Positions 17,050-19,570 of a stretch of DNA of 19,570 nucleotides are shown piece after piece. The position numbers were made by a program, and so were the translations under genes. The first letter of the stretch is position 1. Every line of letters starts with the position of its first letter. The stretch is from Cyclobacteriaceae bacterium (GTDB lineage Bacteria > Bacteroidota > Bacteroidia > Cytophagales > Cyclobacteriaceae), in the NCBI GenBank assembly GCA_029881895.1, contig JAOULS010000021.1, forward strand, positions 1 through 19,570, written 5' to 3'. Under the pieces are notes generated by a model. It saw nothing but the letters and a program-made list of their open reading frames with translations, did no database searches and was not told the DNA's origin.

Positions 17050-19167
17050 ATGTTTTTTTTGAGCATTAACAAATACAAAAAACATTTATCTTTCTTGTTG
17101 CTACTACTAGTGACGATCATACCCTTGTATGCTCAAAATATAGAAGTAATCGATAGCTTAAAAAAAATAGTACATACTTCTACGATAAAAGAGAAAATTC
17201 AATCGTTGAATCAACTTGGCTGGGAGTACCGTTTATCAAAACCTGACTCTACCATTTATTATTCTCAGCAAGCGTATGATTTGGCTTTGCAGTACAATAA
17301 ATATACTGATGCTAGTGTAGCACTAAACTATATGGGTATCGCCAACGGGTATAAAGGAGAATACATCCAATCATTTTTTTACTACGAACAATCTCTTGAA
17401 CTATTTTCTAAACATTTAGACTCTATTCAGCTTGCACATGCCTATAATAACATTGGTCGTTTATTATTTTCTCAAGCGGATATGGCGAGCTCTTATGAAT
17501 ATTTCAACAAAGCTTTACTCATCTTTCAGCAAAACAACAACATAGAAGGGGTAGGATACACATTTCAAAGCTTAGTAAGAATTTATGAAACACAGGGCAA
17601 CTTTCCTAAAGCCCTTGAAATATCAAAAAAAGTACTTGAAATACGTGAACAAACAAAAAATACGAGGGGTCAAATTTCAAGTCATCAAGAAATTGCAGGA
17701 ATTTATATGACCTTGAAAAATTATACATCTGCCCAACATCACCTTGATAAGGCTGAAAGTATTGCAATAGCTAATAATGATATTATAAGCTTATCAGAAA
17801 TTGATTTAAGCTTATCAAAAGTGTTTTATCATTTAAAAAATTTCGATGAGGCATTAAATTATTGTAATAAAGCCCTTATACCAGTAACTAATAATGAAGC
17901 CTTATTATTAGAGATTAATTTACAGTTAGGCAAAATATTTTACTCTACCAAACAGTATTCCAAAGCAGAAAATTATTTATTAGGGGTAGTTAGTAAAGCA
18001 AATAAAATTGGTTTGATAGAACCTCTTTCTGAAACTTTCAAATACTTGTATCTGACATGTGAAAATCAAGGAAGGTATGATGAATCTCTAAACTATTTTA
18101 AGTCATTTGTATTGATTAAAGATTCTATTTATGATGTGGATATGGCACGAACCATTGAAAAACTAGAGAACAGATTAGAAATAGAAAAAAAAGACAAAGA
18201 GAATAAACTTCTAAAATCTAGAGAAGAGCAGAACCAACAACTATTTGCTAGCGAAAAAAATAAAAGCAACGCTTACATGGCTGCCATGATTTTAGCAATA
18301 ATTGCTGTAGCACTTCTTCTTATTTATCTTCGTCAGCATATCAAACATGAAATTCTACTTACTTCACAAAAAGAGTATATTGAAAAACAAAACCAAAAAA
18401 TTAATGAACAAAACCAAAAACTAGAAAAAAGAAATGTTGATTTAGCAGAGTTAAATACAGAAAAAGACAATTTAATGAATATAGTTGCTCATGATCTAAA
18501 ATCTCCTTTGAAAAACCTAAAAGGACTATCTCAGCTAGTGGAAATGGCTGGCACATTGAATCAGGAGCAGAAAAAGTATATTGAAATAATGAAACAAGTC
18601 TCTGACAAAGGAGCGCAACTTACTACAGATATTTTAGATGTAAATGCTTTTACTATAGATGATGAAGAAATGCTTCACCCTGAGTACATCAATGTCCATA
18701 TTTTTTTACAATCAAAAATTGATTCTTTTAAAACAGATTCTGAATCCAAAAACATCTCGATACAATCAAATTGTGAAGATAAAAATATCTCAATAGAAAC
18801 AGATGAAAACAGCCTTTCTCGAATTTTAGATAATTTAATATCTAATTCGATTAAATATTCACCCGAAAATACTGCCATACATATAAAAAGCAGTGTGAAA
18901 AATAATCATTTAAGTATTATAGTAGCCGATGAAGGCCCAGGGTTTAGCGAGGAAGATAAAAAGCATGTATTTAAAAAATTTACACGCCTTAGTGCACAAC
19001 CAACAGGTGGCGAGTCATCAAATGGTTTAGGACTAGCAATAGTAAAAGCCCTTATAAATCGACTTCATGGAGAAATATCTCTTCATAGTGAACATAGAAA
19101 AGGAGCTACATTTACCATCGGCCTTCCTTTAAAATTTATTAAAAAAGATAAAAATGCTAATGCGTAG
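17050..19167 (+). CDS. Sensor histidine kinase with an N-terminal signal peptide, an extracytoplasmic TPR-repeat domain, one transmembrane helix, a coiled-coil, HisKA and HATPase_c domains.
   Basis: After the signal peptide (LLLLLVTIIPLYAQ) come multiple TPR-like repeats (AxxYxNIGxxYxxxGNxxKAL patterns). The TM helix is AYMAAMILAIIAVALLLIYL. The H-box is IVAHDLKSPL, with an N-box NLISNSIKYS and the G-boxes DEGPGF and GLGLAIV. Confidence 0.85.
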   Translation: MFFLSINKYKKHLSFLLLLLVTIIPLYAQNIEVIDSLKKIVHTSTIKEKIQSLNQLGWEYRLSKPDSTIYYSQQAYDLALQYNKYTDASVALNYMGIANGYKGEYIQSFFYYEQSLELFSKHLDSIQLAHAYNNIGRLLFSQADMASSYEYFNKALLIFQQNNNIEGVGYTFQSLVRIYETQGNFPKALEISKKVLEIREQTKNTRGQISSHQEIAGIYMTLKNYTSAQHHLDKAESIAIANNDIISLSEIDLSLSKVFYHLKNFDEALNYCNKALIPVTNNEALLLEINLQLGKIFYSTKQYSKAENYLLGVVSKANKIGLIEPLSETFKYLYLTCENQGRYDESLNYFKSFVLIKDSIYDVDMARTIEKLENRLEIEKKDKENKLLKSREEQNQQLFASEKNKSNAYMAAMILAIIAVALLLIYLRQHIKHEILLTSQKEYIEKQNQKINEQNQKLEKRNVDLAELNTEKDNLMNIVAHDLKSPLKNLKGLSQLVEMAGTLNQEQKKYIEIMKQVSDKGAQLTTDILDVNAFTIDDEEMLHPEYINVHIFLQSKIDSFKTDSESKNISIQSNCEDKNISIETDENSLSRILDNLISNSIKYSPENTAIHIKSSVKNNHLSIIVADEGPGFSEEDKKHVFKKFTRLSAQPTGGESSNGLGLAIVKALINRLHGEISLHSEHRKGATFTIGLPLKFIKKDKNANA

Positions 19168-19191
19168 CATGGCGTAATAACTCTTTTCCTT

Positions 19192-19570
19192 TTAAATACT
19201 TCTTAAGAACCGAGCTGGATTTCCAATATATATTCCTGATTTTTCAATATCCTTAGTCACTACCGCTCCTGCACCAATCACTACATTGTCACCTATTGAT
19301 ACTGGTAAAATTGTAGCATTGCTTCCTATAGATACATGGTTGCCAATCGAAGTAGCTTTCCATAATGATTCTTCGCCATACGCTGGGCCACCTTTCGAGA
19401 ATAAATCATTTACAAACATCACCCCATGTCCTACAAAACAATCATTTCCTATTGTAACTAACTCACACACAAAACTATGTGATTGAATTTTGCATCTCTC
19501 CCCAATTTTTACTCCCTTTTGGATCTCTGTAAAAGGACCAATAAAAGAATCGCTTCCTATAGTACACCCA
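19192..19570 (-). CDS. Hexapeptide-repeat (left-handed beta-helix) acyl/acetyltransferase, C-terminal part. The N-terminus lies beyond the window end.
   Basis: The frame stays open to the window edge upstream of the GTG at 19470 (...GCTIGSDSFIGPFTEIQKGVKIGERCKIQSHSF-VCELVTIGNDCFVGHGVMF...). Repeated [LIV]-G-x-x-x-x hexapeptides and an IGNPAR ending are typical of WbbJ/MAT-type acetyltransferases. Confidence 0.7.
   Translation of the reverse strand, partial: GCTIGSDSFIGPFTEIQKGVKIGERCKIQSHSFVCELVTIGNDCFVGHGVMFVNDLFSKGGPAYGEESLWKATSIGNHVSIGSNATILPVSIGDNVVIGAGAVVTKDIEKSGIYIGNPARFLRSI

Noticed and set aside
19286-19486. A 66-aa plus-strand ORF at the window end.
   Set aside because: It is antisense to the hexapeptide acetyltransferase, whose frame is open to the window edge.
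1-19570. Search for CRISPR repeats, tRNA/rRNA genes, IS elements or integrases, and toxin-antitoxin or restriction-modification-like defence genes.
   Set aside because: I found no direct-repeat arrays, no cloverleaf-like GC-rich segments in the AT-rich intergenic regions, and no transposase, integrase or nuclease-like ORFs. The window appears to be core chromosome.

Overview
The window is AT-rich and reads as ordinary chromosomal DNA. It is gene-dense, with no transposases, integrases, CRISPR arrays, rRNA or tRNA genes visible. Several traits point to a Bacteroidetes host, probably Flavobacteriia or Cytophagia: Lys-rich proteins, lipoprotein and twin-arginine signal peptides, TAnnTTTG-type -7 promoter boxes, and a periplasmic-TPR sensor histidine kinase. 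I call 18 protein-coding genes.

In order along the window:
- the 3' end of an alanine:cation symporter (AgcS family)
- a small lipoprotein of unknown function
- a saccharopine-dehydrogenase-family NAD(P)-binding enzyme
- a SulP/STAS anion transporter
- a compact SDR dehydrogenase, GntP permease and glycerate kinase cassette
- a SAM-dependent methyltransferase with a Cys-rich N-terminus
- a bicistronic pair, Tat-signal glycosylasparaginase-like Ntn-hydrolase then cutC
- a stand-alone FkbM-family methyltransferase
- an nfeD-like gene and flotillin (yuaF/floT-like) operon
- a secreted hypothetical protein translationally coupled to tadA
- aspS followed by a strong intrinsic terminator
- a coiled-coil OmpA-domain lipoprotein
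- an orphan TPR sensor histidine kinase
- the C-terminal part of a hexapeptide-repeat acyltransferase that runs off the window

I see no convincing evidence of a mobile element, defence island or other dramatic novel system. The most hypothesis-worthy items are three: the SDR-GntP-glycerate-kinase cassette with no assignable substrate, the Tat-exported Ntn-asparaginase co-transcribed with cutC, and the Cys-clustered methyltransferase.
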